From: Methanococcoides methylutens | GTDB taxonomy: Archaea > Halobacteriota > Methanosarcinia > Methanosarcinales > Methanosarcinaceae | Reading direction: 5' to 3' | DNA: 32,000 nucleotides | NCBI RefSeq assembly: GCF_000765475.1 | Contig: NZ_JRHO01000014.1 | Coordinates: 61,574-93,573 of the forward strand | In this document: positions 20,042 through 28,936 of the stretch, in pieces | Layout of the letters: every line of letters starts with the position of its first letter | Numbering within the stretch: position 1 is the first letter of the stretch | Made by a program: the position numbers and the translations under genes | Notes under the pieces: generated by a model | Database searches by the model: none | What the model was told of the DNA's origin: nothing | What the model saw: only the letters and a program-made list of their open reading frames with translations

Positions 20042-20359
20042 ATGACAAAGATAACTGTCGATTCGACAATATGTGGATTTACCCATACGATTACCGGCCA
20101 GTTGGAAGGCGATAAGGTCATCATAGATATCGATACACCATGTGAAAAGATCAAGGAATTTTCCCACATGGAGGTCCCTACAATGGAGATATTCGGGATC
20201 GATGATAACTATGTCATCAGGAAAGCAAAGGATGCAAAATGCAGCTCTACTTGCCTGATCCCTTGTGCAGTACTTCACATGTGCAATCTTGAAGCAGGTT
20301 TCCTTTCAAAGAACCTGGCAGAGAGATCCGGAAGTATCAGTATAATTTTTGAACCGTGA
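20042..20359 (+). CDS. Small conserved-looking archaeal protein of unknown function with several Cys residues
   Basis: Well-formed ORF MTKITVDSTICGFTHTITGQLEGDKVIIDIDTPCEKIKEF...KDAKCSSTCLIPCAVLHMCNLEAGFLSKNLAE. Preceded by GGGATGATAAT and divergent from the aminotransferase. Confidence 0.72.
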   Translation: MTKITVDSTICGFTHTITGQLEGDKVIIDIDTPCEKIKEFSHMEVPTMEIFGIDDNYVIRKAKDAKCSSTCLIPCAVLHMCNLEAGFLSKNLAERSGSISIIFEP

Positions 20360-20394
20360 AGATCCTCCTGCTCACAAAATAAGAGAATCTTTCA

Positions 20395-21606
20395 TCACTT
20401 ATTGCAATATTCCTTTTCATCAGCAAGACAGGCTTCATATAGCTGTTCACGAAGGTCCGGCATAGCTGAAAGGGCACGGGTCCAATCAGGCATGAGCACA
20501 TCTGAAGGATGTTCAAGGTAATCTTCACCTGATCTCCTGATAACATTTGCGAACATATCAACATATAGCTCTTCTTCATGCCTGTTATAGCACAGACCAT
20601 TGCAAAGGGCATCAGCATGATACCTGCGTATAAGGTCCTGACCGAGGCGCTTGTATTTTACATGGATACCATGCAGGTAAGAAGGTGAAATTATATTATC
20701 CGTGGATTCTGTTGTGATCCTCATAAAGGTCGTGAAGATATCACCGACCATTTTGCATAGACCTTCTGATCTGTTGGAACCTACATCCTGATGCTTATGA
20801 TCATAGTAACCAAGATCAGTCTGGCAGATCTTCTTAGTTGTTGTGTTTCTGTAGACCTCTGCAAGAAGACCGACTTCAAGTCCCCAATCTGCAGGGATCC
20901 GTATGTTCATGGCAAGATCACTTGTCATAGCAAATTCACCTGCAAGAGTATACCTGAAAGCAAGAAGATATCGAAGTATGTCAGCCTTGGAATCCGCCTG
21001 TAAAGTATCGAGCAAAGGACGTACAAAAAGCCTGAAAACACGACCATGCATGGTCTTTGTTTCCATATTTATCCTTGCATAATAGCCTTTATTGAAAAAG
21101 AAGTTCAGTTCCGGTTCCACAATAGGATACAATAACTTTGCCGGGAAATCCTTGGAATAAGTGACAATATCAGCATCATGATAAGCGATAGCATAGGAAT
21201 CAAGGGTGGCGATCCCCGTAGCCAGCCAGACATCTTTCCCTTTACCCTTATAAGAAGTAATATCGATCCCCATCTTTTTCATCGTGAATAAAATGTGCTG
21301 GGCTCTGGGGCCATCACACCATACCACAATGTGAGGAGTTTTCAATTCTTTGAAAAATTCCACCACATGAACATATTCTTCTTCAGTTTCAGCTGCAAGG
21401 GCGATAACGACCTGATTAAGGCAAGTACACTCATTGAGATTGGAAATTATGTTCTTAAGAGGGGGATTGTTAACCTCTTCATACAAGATAGGAATGATGA
21501 GTGATGCAGGTCTGCGAGTTTTAAGTTCATGTATTCTTTTGATAAGCCTTTCTTTATCGATACTAAAATCATGAATTGTCGTAATATATTCTTGGTAAAA
21601 ATCCAT
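20395..21606 (-). CDS. gpgS: Glucosyl-3-phosphoglycerate synthase-like glycosyltransferase
   Basis: RRPASLIIPILYEE, NQVVIALAAETEEEY, GKGKDVWLATGIA, AYHDADIVTYSKDFPAKLLYPI, GEFAMTSDLAMNIRIPADWGLEVGLLAEVYRN. Divergent from an MPGP-family phosphatase. Confidence 0.85.
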   Translation of the reverse strand: MDFYQEYITTIHDFSIDKERLIKRIHELKTRRPASLIIPILYEEVNNPPLKNIISNLNECTCLNQVVIALAAETEEEYVHVVEFFKELKTPHIVVWCDGPRAQHILFTMKKMGIDITSYKGKGKDVWLATGIATLDSYAIAYHDADIVTYSKDFPAKLLYPIVEPELNFFFNKGYYARINMETKTMHGRVFRLFVRPLLDTLQADSKADILRYLLAFRYTLAGEFAMTSDLAMNIRIPADWGLEVGLLAEVYRNTTTKKICQTDLGYYDHKHQDVGSNRSEGLCKMVGDIFTTFMRITTESTDNIISPSYLHGIHVKYKRLGQDLIRRYHADALCNGLCYNRHEEELYVDMFANVIRRSGEDYLEHPSDVLMPDWTRALSAMPDLREQLYEACLADEKEYCNK

Positions 21607-21850
21607 CTAACTCCCCAGTAGATCTGATAGGCTGCAAAGTGTTCATAGCCCGGAATAAAGACTGGATCGAAATGCATTCCCCCAACTGTAGATGCATCCC
21701 AATATTCCCGTTATGATATGTTGAATATCTATATATAGAACATTTAATATAAGCTTTTATACAGACGGGGAATTCAAAACTGGCATCGGTAGACTAAAAT
21801 ATTTACATGCTGCCAAATATTTTTAAAAACTGCTGGCAGGAGGAATGATC

Positions 21851-22672
21851 TTGGGGTATATTATATTTACAGATCTTGATGGCACTTTAATAGACCATGA
21901 TACTTATTCTTATGAAGCAGCAAGGCCTGCGCTTAACCTGCTAAAACAAAAAGATGTACCTCTAATTTTCTGTACCAGCAAAACCCGTGCAGAGATCGAA
22001 GTCTATGTTGAGGAACTGGACTGTCGCCATCCCTTCATATCAGAGAATGGAGGAGGCATCTTCATACCGAAAGGATATTTTGATATTGATCTGAAGTTTG
22101 ATCACAGGATCGGGGACTATAATGTCATAGAACTTGGAACCAACTATTCCAATCTAAAAGATGCCCTCGTGGAGATTAGCAAGAGCGCCGGTATTGAGAT
22201 AATCAATTTCGCAAACATGACCACTGAAGAAGTAAGTGAGGATACAGGACTCGATATTCACTCTGCAGGACTTGCAAAGCTACGCGAGTATGACGAGGTC
22301 TTCCGGATAATTGATGAAACTGAAGAAAAAGCCTCCCTGATGATGGAACTTATAAGATCTGCAGGGTACAACCACACCAGAGGTGGCAGATACTGGCATA
22401 TTATCGGGAACAACGATAAAGGCAAAGCTGTCAGGATGCTAAGTGACATCTACAGAAAGCAGTTCACTGATATCACTACAGTAGGTCTGGGCGATAGCCT
22501 GAATGACCTGCCAATGCTGGGATCTGTGGATATACCTGTTCTTGTACAAAAGCCGGGCAGCTTACACGACCCATCAATAACCGATCCGAAAATAAAGCGT
22601 GTAAAGGGTATCGGACCCATAGGGTGGAACAATGCAGTCAGCGAGATAATAGAGAAGGGGTCTGAAATTTAA
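21851..22672 (+). CDS. gpgP: HAD-family mannosyl/glucosyl-3-phosphoglycerate phosphatase
   Basis: YIIFTDLDGTLIDHDTYSYEAARPALN, FISENGGGIFIPKGYF, VGLGDSLNDLPML, VKGIGPIGWNNAV. The supplied ORF starts at ATG 21845, but AGGAGG at 21838-21843 is spaced better for TTG 21851. Confidence 0.85.
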   Translation: MGYIIFTDLDGTLIDHDTYSYEAARPALNLLKQKDVPLIFCTSKTRAEIEVYVEELDCRHPFISENGGGIFIPKGYFDIDLKFDHRIGDYNVIELGTNYSNLKDALVEISKSAGIEIINFANMTTEEVSEDTGLDIHSAGLAKLREYDEVFRIIDETEEKASLMMELIRSAGYNHTRGGRYWHIIGNNDKGKAVRMLSDIYRKQFTDITTVGLGDSLNDLPMLGSVDIPVLVQKPGSLHDPSITDPKIKRVKGIGPIGWNNAVSEIIEKGSEI

Positions 22673-22699
22673 TTTTAAGAACATAAAGGGGTACATGGA

Positions 22700-23230
22700 A
22701 TGATACGAATTGAGAATATGATATCAAGAGCCTTTTTGATAGGGATTATCAAGATGGTGGACAAGAATGGGGTCCAGAATGCACTGGAATGGTTACGTGA
22801 GATCGGGGAAGAATTAGCTGAGATCGAAGGACCTGGATTTGAAGGTGCTCGTGAAGATGACATTAACTATTTGCCGGTCTGTCCGTTTTCAAATACTCTC
22901 CTTGATTTTATAGCGATATATGGAGAGAGACCATCACAATTCGTAGAACTTGTAAACCTTTCCAACAAGCAAATGATGGAGGCAGAAGATGGATGGGAAT
23001 ATCCGGCACTGACAACTGTCACAGGCATACTTCATCACAGCTACATTAAAAAACGAGGATTGTTGGCAGGTGTTGAACTTCTTAACGTGGGATCAAGATG
23101 TCCCCGTACCAACAATATAGTCTACAACGAAAAAGCCCTTGAAAAAGCAAATATGACAAAAGAAGATGTGGATAAGTATCTTGAAAAAGCATATTACGTT
23201 TGTAAGATCAATTACCTTAAAAAGGAGTGA
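22700..23230 (+). CDS. Hypothetical protein, between gpgP and GH15-like gene
   Basis: ATG at 22700 with GGGGT 7 nt upstream. Tight spacing with gpgP, and its stop overlaps the next ORF start region. Sequence includes INYLPVCPFSNTLLDFIAIYGERPSQFVELVNLSNKQMM..SRCPRTNNIVYNE. Confidence 0.75.
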   Translation: MIRIENMISRAFLIGIIKMVDKNGVQNALEWLREIGEELAEIEGPGFEGAREDDINYLPVCPFSNTLLDFIAIYGERPSQFVELVNLSNKQMMEAEDGWEYPALTTVTGILHHSYIKKRGLLAGVELLNVGSRCPRTNNIVYNEKALEKANMTKEDVDKYLEKAYYVCKINYLKKE

Positions 23231-23235
23231 ATTCT

Positions 23236-24459
23236 TTGAACCTGATCGAAGCTGAAAAACTCTACGAGAACAGCGTAAAGATCCTGAAGAACAACCAGCA
23301 TGAAAAAGGAGGATTTTATGCAAGTCCGCCAGGAACACGATATCCTTTTATCTACCCTCGAGACCACTCGGTGGCAATACTTGGCTGCATTGATGCCGAA
23401 ATGCTGGACGAGGCCAGAAGGGGTCTTGAATTTGTCCTGAACTCCCAAAAGCCCCTGGGAGAATTTTCCCAGAGATATGATGTTGACGGAAATGACGCCA
23501 GCTACAAGGACCTGCAGATCGATGGGAACGGACTGGTCCTTTTTGCAATGGGAAAATATTTCGAAGCAACGGGCGGACTCTTCTTTGAATCGATGGCCGA
23601 CAGGACTTTTGTGGAAAAGCACTGGGAAACTGTCAAGAAAGCCGTTGAGTTCATACTGATGAACAAGAACGAAGAGGTCGACCTGATCCATACCGTGAAC
23701 AGCATCCACGAATATCCCGCCTACGAGCATGGTTTTGAGATCTATGCCAACTCTGCCTGTTGTGCAGGGATCCTCGCAGCAGTAAAAATGGGAGAAGCTC
23801 TTGGTGAAGATGTCGCCAACTGGAAAGCTGAGGCTGAAAAGATAAGGGAAGCCATTCTTACACGGATGTATAGCCCGCGTAGGCGCTCATTTATCAAATG
23901 TATCCGTGTAAAAGAGAAAAGCAGCAACCCTATCGGATATGATGCATTCGCCTCAAGCGTCATCGATGTGGATGTTGTGGAATACGCACCTGCATATTTT
24001 GAGCTCATCGATCACCATGACATAAAGAATCGTTATACTGTCAGGAGGATACATGATAGGCTCTGGGACAAAGAGATCGGAGGCTTGAACCGCTATCCGG
24101 AAATGTGGGACAGGAATAACGGAGGATATGGCCCATGGTGCCACTTCACCTGCCAGCTTGCAAACCATTATATTGCTATTGATGACCAGGATATGGCAGA
24201 GATGTATATGGGCTGGGTAGTGGATATGGCACACAACTACCTCCTGCCTGAACATATCTCAACAATTGAAAGGTTTGAGATATGGCATGAAGACTATACC
24301 AACGCAAAGATCCTCAGGGATAGTAAACTCACCATGATCGAGAAAGTGCGTAACCATCCAAAATGGAAAGACGGGATGGCATACGTAACGATACCCCTGA
24401 TATGGCCTCATGCAGAGTATATCAGGACTTACAAGAGCTATATTGAGAAGTTTGGATAA
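23236..24459 (+). CDS. GH15-like glycoside hydrolase (glucoamylase/(alpha/alpha)6-barrel family)
   Basis: KGGFYASPPGTRYPFIYPRDHSVAILGCIDAEMLDEARRGLEFVL, YKDLQIDGNGLVLFAMGKY, GLNRYPEMWDRNNGGYGPWCHFTCQLANHYIA. ORF given from GTG 23227; TTG 23236 has better SD spacing. Confidence 0.75.
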   Translation: MNLIEAEKLYENSVKILKNNQHEKGGFYASPPGTRYPFIYPRDHSVAILGCIDAEMLDEARRGLEFVLNSQKPLGEFSQRYDVDGNDASYKDLQIDGNGLVLFAMGKYFEATGGLFFESMADRTFVEKHWETVKKAVEFILMNKNEEVDLIHTVNSIHEYPAYEHGFEIYANSACCAGILAAVKMGEALGEDVANWKAEAEKIREAILTRMYSPRRRSFIKCIRVKEKSSNPIGYDAFASSVIDVDVVEYAPAYFELIDHHDIKNRYTVRRIHDRLWDKEIGGLNRYPEMWDRNNGGYGPWCHFTCQLANHYIAIDDQDMAEMYMGWVVDMAHNYLLPEHISTIERFEIWHEDYTNAKILRDSKLTMIEKVRNHPKWKDGMAYVTIPLIWPHAEYIRTYKSYIEKFG

Positions 24460-24601
24460 GAGAGGAACATTCCTTTATTCGAGAAATCGTTCTTTTTAAA
24501 AGCAAAAATGAGTGCAGGTATCATGTTCCTACTATTACAGGATGTCTGCACTTGTTTATAATAATCGCTTATTTTTACCCCGAATAAACAACAAGAGCAG
24601 A

Positions 24602-25378
24602 TCAGAGCGGGAGACAGACCTTCCTTTGTACGGAACTAACATGATCGATAGCAACATCGATCCCATATGCAAGTGTCATGTTCTCTTTTGTTATTACTTC
24701 TTCAGCAGTCCCCTGAGCTATGAAATTATTCTCAAGCATTATGGCAACATTTTTTGAACCTATAAAAGCATGATCCGGGAAATGTGTGCTCATTATTACA
24801 GAAGTCCCCTGAGAAGAAAGTTTGTCAATAAGGTTCAAAACACGTACCTGGTTCCCAAAATCCAGATGGGATGTCGGTTCATCCAGGAGCAATATTTCCG
24901 GTTCCTGAGCCAGTGCCCTTGCGATCAAAGCCAGTTGCTTTTCACCACCACTTATTTCTGTGACAGAACTATCCATCAGATGAGAAATGCCTACTTTAAC
25001 GATGGCATTTTCCGCGATCTTAAGATCCTTTTCGCCCGGAGAGGAGAAAAAAGGAAGATGCGGTGCTCTGCCAAGCATTACAAAATCCAGAATGGAAAAG
25101 GGAAATACCGACTGATCTGCCTGTGGGACATAGCCTATCTTTTTAGCTATCTCTGTTCTGCTCATCGAAGAGACATCCCTGCCGTCAATATATGCATTCC
25201 CATTACTCAAATTCAGCACGTTGCCAAGGCATTTGATCAGGGTTGATTTACCTATCCCGTTCGGACCAAGTATGCATAAGGTTTCACCTTTATTTAAAGA
25301 AAAAGATATGTTCTCAAATACATTCTTCTTCCCGTCATACGAATATGAAGCATTGTTCACTCTTAAGATCATGACCAA
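24602..25378 (-). CDS. ABC transporter ATP-binding protein, FecE/BtuD type
   Basis: Walker A LGPNGIGKSTLIKCL, signature SGGEKQLALIARAL, Walker B ILLLDEPTSHLD, H-loop STHFPDHAF. Overlaps the permease gene. Confidence 0.95.
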   Translation of the reverse strand: MVMILRVNNASYSYDGKKNVFENISFSLNKGETLCILGPNGIGKSTLIKCLGNVLNLSNGNAYIDGRDVSSMSRTEIAKKIGYVPQADQSVFPFSILDFVMLGRAPHLPFFSSPGEKDLKIAENAIVKVGISHLMDSSVTEISGGEKQLALIARALAQEPEILLLDEPTSHLDFGNQVRVLNLIDKLSSQGTSVIMSTHFPDHAFIGSKNVAIMLENNFIAQGTAEEVITKENMTLAYGIDVAIDHVSSVQRKVCLPL

Positions 25379-26478
25379 CCAACCTTCTTTCTTTGTAAAA
25401 GATAAGCAAAAAACGGAGCTCCTATTAGTGCCGTAAGAACTCCCAGGGGAATCTCTATACTCATTAAACTCCTTGCCAGATCGTCCACCACCAAAAGGAA
25501 GGATGCACCAAGGAAAATTGACATTGGCAAAAGCTTTTTGTGCTCAGGCCCGACGATCATTCTTGCAATATGAGGCACAACAAGACCAACCCATCCAATG
25601 ATCCCGCTTATACTGACTGCGGAAGTGGTGATCAGAGTAGCACAAATTACAACCAATATTGTCATTTTCCGGGTATCTATTCCCAATGATTTTGCCTCGT
25701 CCTCTCCTAAAGAAAGTATATTGATGCGCCATCCGATTAGAACTAAGATAAGCATAGAGACCAGCATCCCGGGTGCTACATAGACAAGATCATCAAACCG
25801 GACAGAGGACAGGCTTCCCATAAGCCAGAATACCATCTCAGGAAGCTTGTCGTATGGATCTGCAACATATTTTACCAGGGATGTCAAAGCAGTGAAAACC
25901 GCACCTACAATAATACCTGAAAGCACCAGGACCAATGTAACCGTTGCCCTGCAGAATCTGCTCAGACCGTAGGACAGAAAAGCTGCAGATAAACCAAAAG
26001 AAAACGCCATTAATTGGATCATGATTATGTTCTCACTTATCAGGATACCAAAACAAGCGCCAAACCCGGCACCTGCTGCCACACCCAGAATATGGGGAGA
26101 AACCAGCGGATTGCGGAAAAGCCCCTGGAAAGAAGCTCCAGATACTGATAATCCAGCACCTACCAGCATGGCGGCAATGATCCTTGGAAGACGGACCTGA
26201 AATATTACAGTATCCACATTTGAAGAGCTTGCAGGATCCACCGACACAAAAAGCGAAACGATCAGGGATACCAAATGGGAAACAAGGCTGCTCATTATAG
26301 TAAGCGGAGGAATCGAATACCTCCCAATGAAAAAGGAGAATCCAAAAAGAAAGACCATAAGGAAAAATACAAGGAGAATCTGATTATTACTACCAGACAG
26401 CCTGTGAATGATCCACCATAACCTTGAACTTTTTTTTATTCCAGTATCAGACACCATATCAAACCCATATCCTAACAT
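25369..26478 (-). CDS. FecCD/BtuC-family ABC transporter permease
   Basis: RLPRIIAAMLVGAGLSVSGASFQGLFRNPLVSPHILGVAAGAGFGACFGI, GEDEAKSLGI, SISGIIGWVGLVVPHIARMIVGPEHKKLLPMS, GIPLGVLTALIGAPFFAYLL (IEIPLGVLTALIG in this protein). Multiple TM segments. Confidence 0.95.
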   Translation of the reverse strand: MLGYGFDMVSDTGIKKSSRLWWIIHRLSGSNNQILLVFFLMVFLFGFSFFIGRYSIPPLTIMSSLVSHLVSLIVSLFVSVDPASSSNVDTVIFQVRLPRIIAAMLVGAGLSVSGASFQGLFRNPLVSPHILGVAAGAGFGACFGILISENIIMIQLMAFSFGLSAAFLSYGLSRFCRATVTLVLVLSGIIVGAVFTALTSLVKYVADPYDKLPEMVFWLMGSLSSVRFDDLVYVAPGMLVSMLILVLIGWRINILSLGEDEAKSLGIDTRKMTILVVICATLITTSAVSISGIIGWVGLVVPHIARMIVGPEHKKLLPMSIFLGASFLLVVDDLARSLMSIEIPLGVLTALIGAPFFAYLLQRKKVGWS

Positions 26479-26508
26479 GCATACATGATAATTTTGTTGA
26501 ATCAGTTA

Positions 26509-28251
26509 TTACTTAGATGAAGCACCGTAAAAAGACCTGTTCTGCCTTGAAGGATCAAAGGAAAAACCATAGAACTTTTCATAAAACCGGTTTGCTTCCT
26601 TTTCAATGTCAAAATCAAAGATATCCGGATGCAACTTGTTTGCGATATACATCAGTCCCAATATCCATCTCGGACTTCCGAAATCCCAGGATGGCCGAAG
26701 GCCGTATATCTGTCTGCTCTTTACAGCATCTGCCGAAAGACCATGCTTTTCACAATAATCATATGAATCGGAAACAGGGGTTGAAAGAAAACCGGATATG
26801 AATATAAATTCAGGATTCATTTCGGCAAATTCTTCCTGAGAAATATTAACTCCGGGTTTACCCTCTCTCTTGATCAGCTGATTTACACTTTCCCCGCCGG
26901 CAGCTTCAACAAGATTGTTCTCAATACGCTCTCCGTTGAGCGCAAAAAGAGGATATCCCATAGAATAATAAACCCGTGGCCTTCCAGTGTTTTTTACTCC
27001 CGACCTGATAAGGTCCAGTTTCTCCTTCATATAATCCACAAGTTCCATTCCTTCCCTTTTTTTGTCTGCAAGGGCGGCAAAATGCTCAATTACATCAAAA
27101 TAGGAATCAAGGTTCTGTGAACTGGTATGAAGCTCCTCCAAATATCCGGTTTCCATGACATTTAGCCATATTTCGGCAAGTTTCCTGTCGTCTCTTATCC
27201 CAAGGCAGATCAGAATCGCATGGATCATCTCCAGAGCCCGGGTAAGCCTGTATCCTCCCATAAAACCCGGTTCATGATGATTTTTTTTGCTGATGTAGCC
27301 CCTGAAAAGATCCGGGACGGAGCATTCACATTTTCCTTCAGGCAGGTATGCTATTGTGCGTGAACCCATGGGACCGAAGAACTCCCTTTGAAAAATCACC
27401 TGACCACATTCGGGACATACCGTATTCAAATATTCGGTACCCGGAGAATTAAACAAATAGACATAAGTAAGATCTTGCCTTAATTTGTCACACAGAATTT
27501 CAGCGTCCCTGATCGTTGGTTCGATCTGCGGGACTGCATCCCCAAAAGGCACAAACCTCATAATCTGGAACGGTATATCCTTTGAAAGAGAAAAAACATA
27601 TTTAGCAGTATTTATAACCTCATCTTCTGAACCTTTGATGTAGATGGTAGAAACTTCAACATGAACATCACTTTCATTCAATAGTTTCAGATTCCTGAAA
27701 ACAGGTTCTGAGCTTTTGACCCCGCAGGAAATATATCTTTCATCGGAGAAGCCTTTTATTCCGACATTTACAAAATCAATTAACGGGATAAGTTCTTTTA
27801 ATGCGCTTTCTGCAAAATAGCCATTTGTTGAACACCCGATAAACAGGTCGTTTTCCTTAGCCTTTCTGGCAAGGTCCTTAAACGTGAAAAATGAAACGAT
27901 CGGATCGTTAAGACAAAAAACGATCCCGATACAATCTTCCTCAAGAGCTTTTTTTATTACCTGGTCATTACTCATTCCGCCATTCTTTTTACCTGAAACA
28001 AGCCGTGAAGCAATGATCTCTGATACGCAACCCTCACATTTAAAATTGCAGCCAATGGTACACACCTGCAGGAATTTTCCTCGTGGATGAAAATGAAGGA
28101 TCGGAACAGTTTCAATAGAAATTGGCAGCATCGTAAAGTAGTTGCATGGGAATCTCTCAACGATCTTATCGCCCTCAATGGCATACATACGACATTGGCC
28201 ATATTTTCCTTCTGCGATATTGCAACCGATCTCACATATGGTGCATTGCAT
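26509..28251 (-). CDS. Radical SAM protein (AmmeMemoRadiSam/PflA-like) fused to the C-terminal portion of a Fe/B12-type substrate-binding protein fold; predicted cytoplasmic
   Basis: N-terminal CTICEIGCNIAEGKYGQC, then CTIGCNFKCEGC (CX3CX2C radical-SAM motif, codons within 28027-28062). C-terminal RVYYSMGYPLFALNGERIENNLVEAAGGESVNQ..VNISQEEFAEMNPEFIFISGF..WDFGSPRWILGLMYIANKLHPDIFDFDIEKEANRFYEKFYGF resembles the C-lobe of Peripla_BP_2 proteins. No signal peptide. Confidence 0.82.
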   Translation of the reverse strand: MQCTICEIGCNIAEGKYGQCRMYAIEGDKIVERFPCNYFTMLPISIETVPILHFHPRGKFLQVCTIGCNFKCEGCVSEIIASRLVSGKKNGGMSNDQVIKKALEEDCIGIVFCLNDPIVSFFTFKDLARKAKENDLFIGCSTNGYFAESALKELIPLIDFVNVGIKGFSDERYISCGVKSSEPVFRNLKLLNESDVHVEVSTIYIKGSEDEVINTAKYVFSLSKDIPFQIMRFVPFGDAVPQIEPTIRDAEILCDKLRQDLTYVYLFNSPGTEYLNTVCPECGQVIFQREFFGPMGSRTIAYLPEGKCECSVPDLFRGYISKKNHHEPGFMGGYRLTRALEMIHAILICLGIRDDRKLAEIWLNVMETGYLEELHTSSQNLDSYFDVIEHFAALADKKREGMELVDYMKEKLDLIRSGVKNTGRPRVYYSMGYPLFALNGERIENNLVEAAGGESVNQLIKREGKPGVNISQEEFAEMNPEFIFISGFLSTPVSDSYDYCEKHGLSADAVKSRQIYGLRPSWDFGSPRWILGLMYIANKLHPDIFDFDIEKEANRFYEKFYGFSFDPSRQNRSFYGASSK

Positions 28252-28253
28252 AT

Positions 28254-28907
28254 TTATTCCACCTTCCTGAACAGTATCCAGAAACCGGATTCATCTTCTA
28301 TTATCTCATAATGCCCTATTTCGGCAGTTAACAGCGCCTTTTTAAAAGAGTCGAGTTTGGATCGTTCCAATCTTTTTGCGGCAGTTTGGGACCAGTTCTC
28401 ATCCCTTTTTTCCATTTCCCGTGTGATCTTTGACTTCAGTTCAGCTGTTCCGAAGCCACCCCCTATATAGGCTGATCCACCGGGTTTCAGTACCCGGTAT
28501 ATCTGCCTGAAGGCTTCAGGCACATTTTCCCAGAAAAAGAGGGAACCACGACTTACGATCAGCTCAGCAAAGTTATCATCAAAAGGCATGTCATGAACAT
28601 CCCCCAGTACAGGGATCACCTTCTCGTCGAGGTTGCCTGAATCAATCCTTTTCTTTGCTATAGCAACCATTTTTTCAGAGAAATCCATTGCATAGACCTG
28701 ACCAACCATGATCTTGCTAATGGCAATTGCAAGTGATGCGGGACCACTGCCCACATCAATGCAAATCCCACTGTTGATATTGCACCTGTCTATAATCTGC
28801 TCTGAAATAACAGGATATATAGGTGCAAAGACATTGGTCGCAACATCTTCAAACTCTTCGGCATAATCATCATGAAATCGAACTTTATCACTTGATCTGT
28901 CTATCAT
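28254..28907 (-). CDS. Class I SAM-dependent methyltransferase
   Basis: ICIDVGSGPASLAIAISKIMVGQVYAMDFSEKMVAIAKKR, VLGDVHDMPFDDNFAELIVSRGSLFFW, IYRVLKPGGSAYIGGGFG. Almost abuts the radical SAM gene. Confidence 0.9.
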   Translation of the reverse strand: MIDRSSDKVRFHDDYAEEFEDVATNVFAPIYPVISEQIIDRCNINSGICIDVGSGPASLAIAISKIMVGQVYAMDFSEKMVAIAKKRIDSGNLDEKVIPVLGDVHDMPFDDNFAELIVSRGSLFFWENVPEAFRQIYRVLKPGGSAYIGGGFGTAELKSKITREMEKRDENWSQTAAKRLERSKLDSFKKALLTAEIGHYEIIEDESGFWILFRKVE

Positions 28908-28936
28908 TTAATCCACCTTCTGTTTTGTAAAAACCA

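Noticed and set aside
24512-24757. 81-aa plus-strand ORF downstream of the GH15-like gene
   Set aside because: Partly antisense to the ABC ATPase gene, low-complexity Tyr/Phe/Ser-rich translation, no SD-like site.
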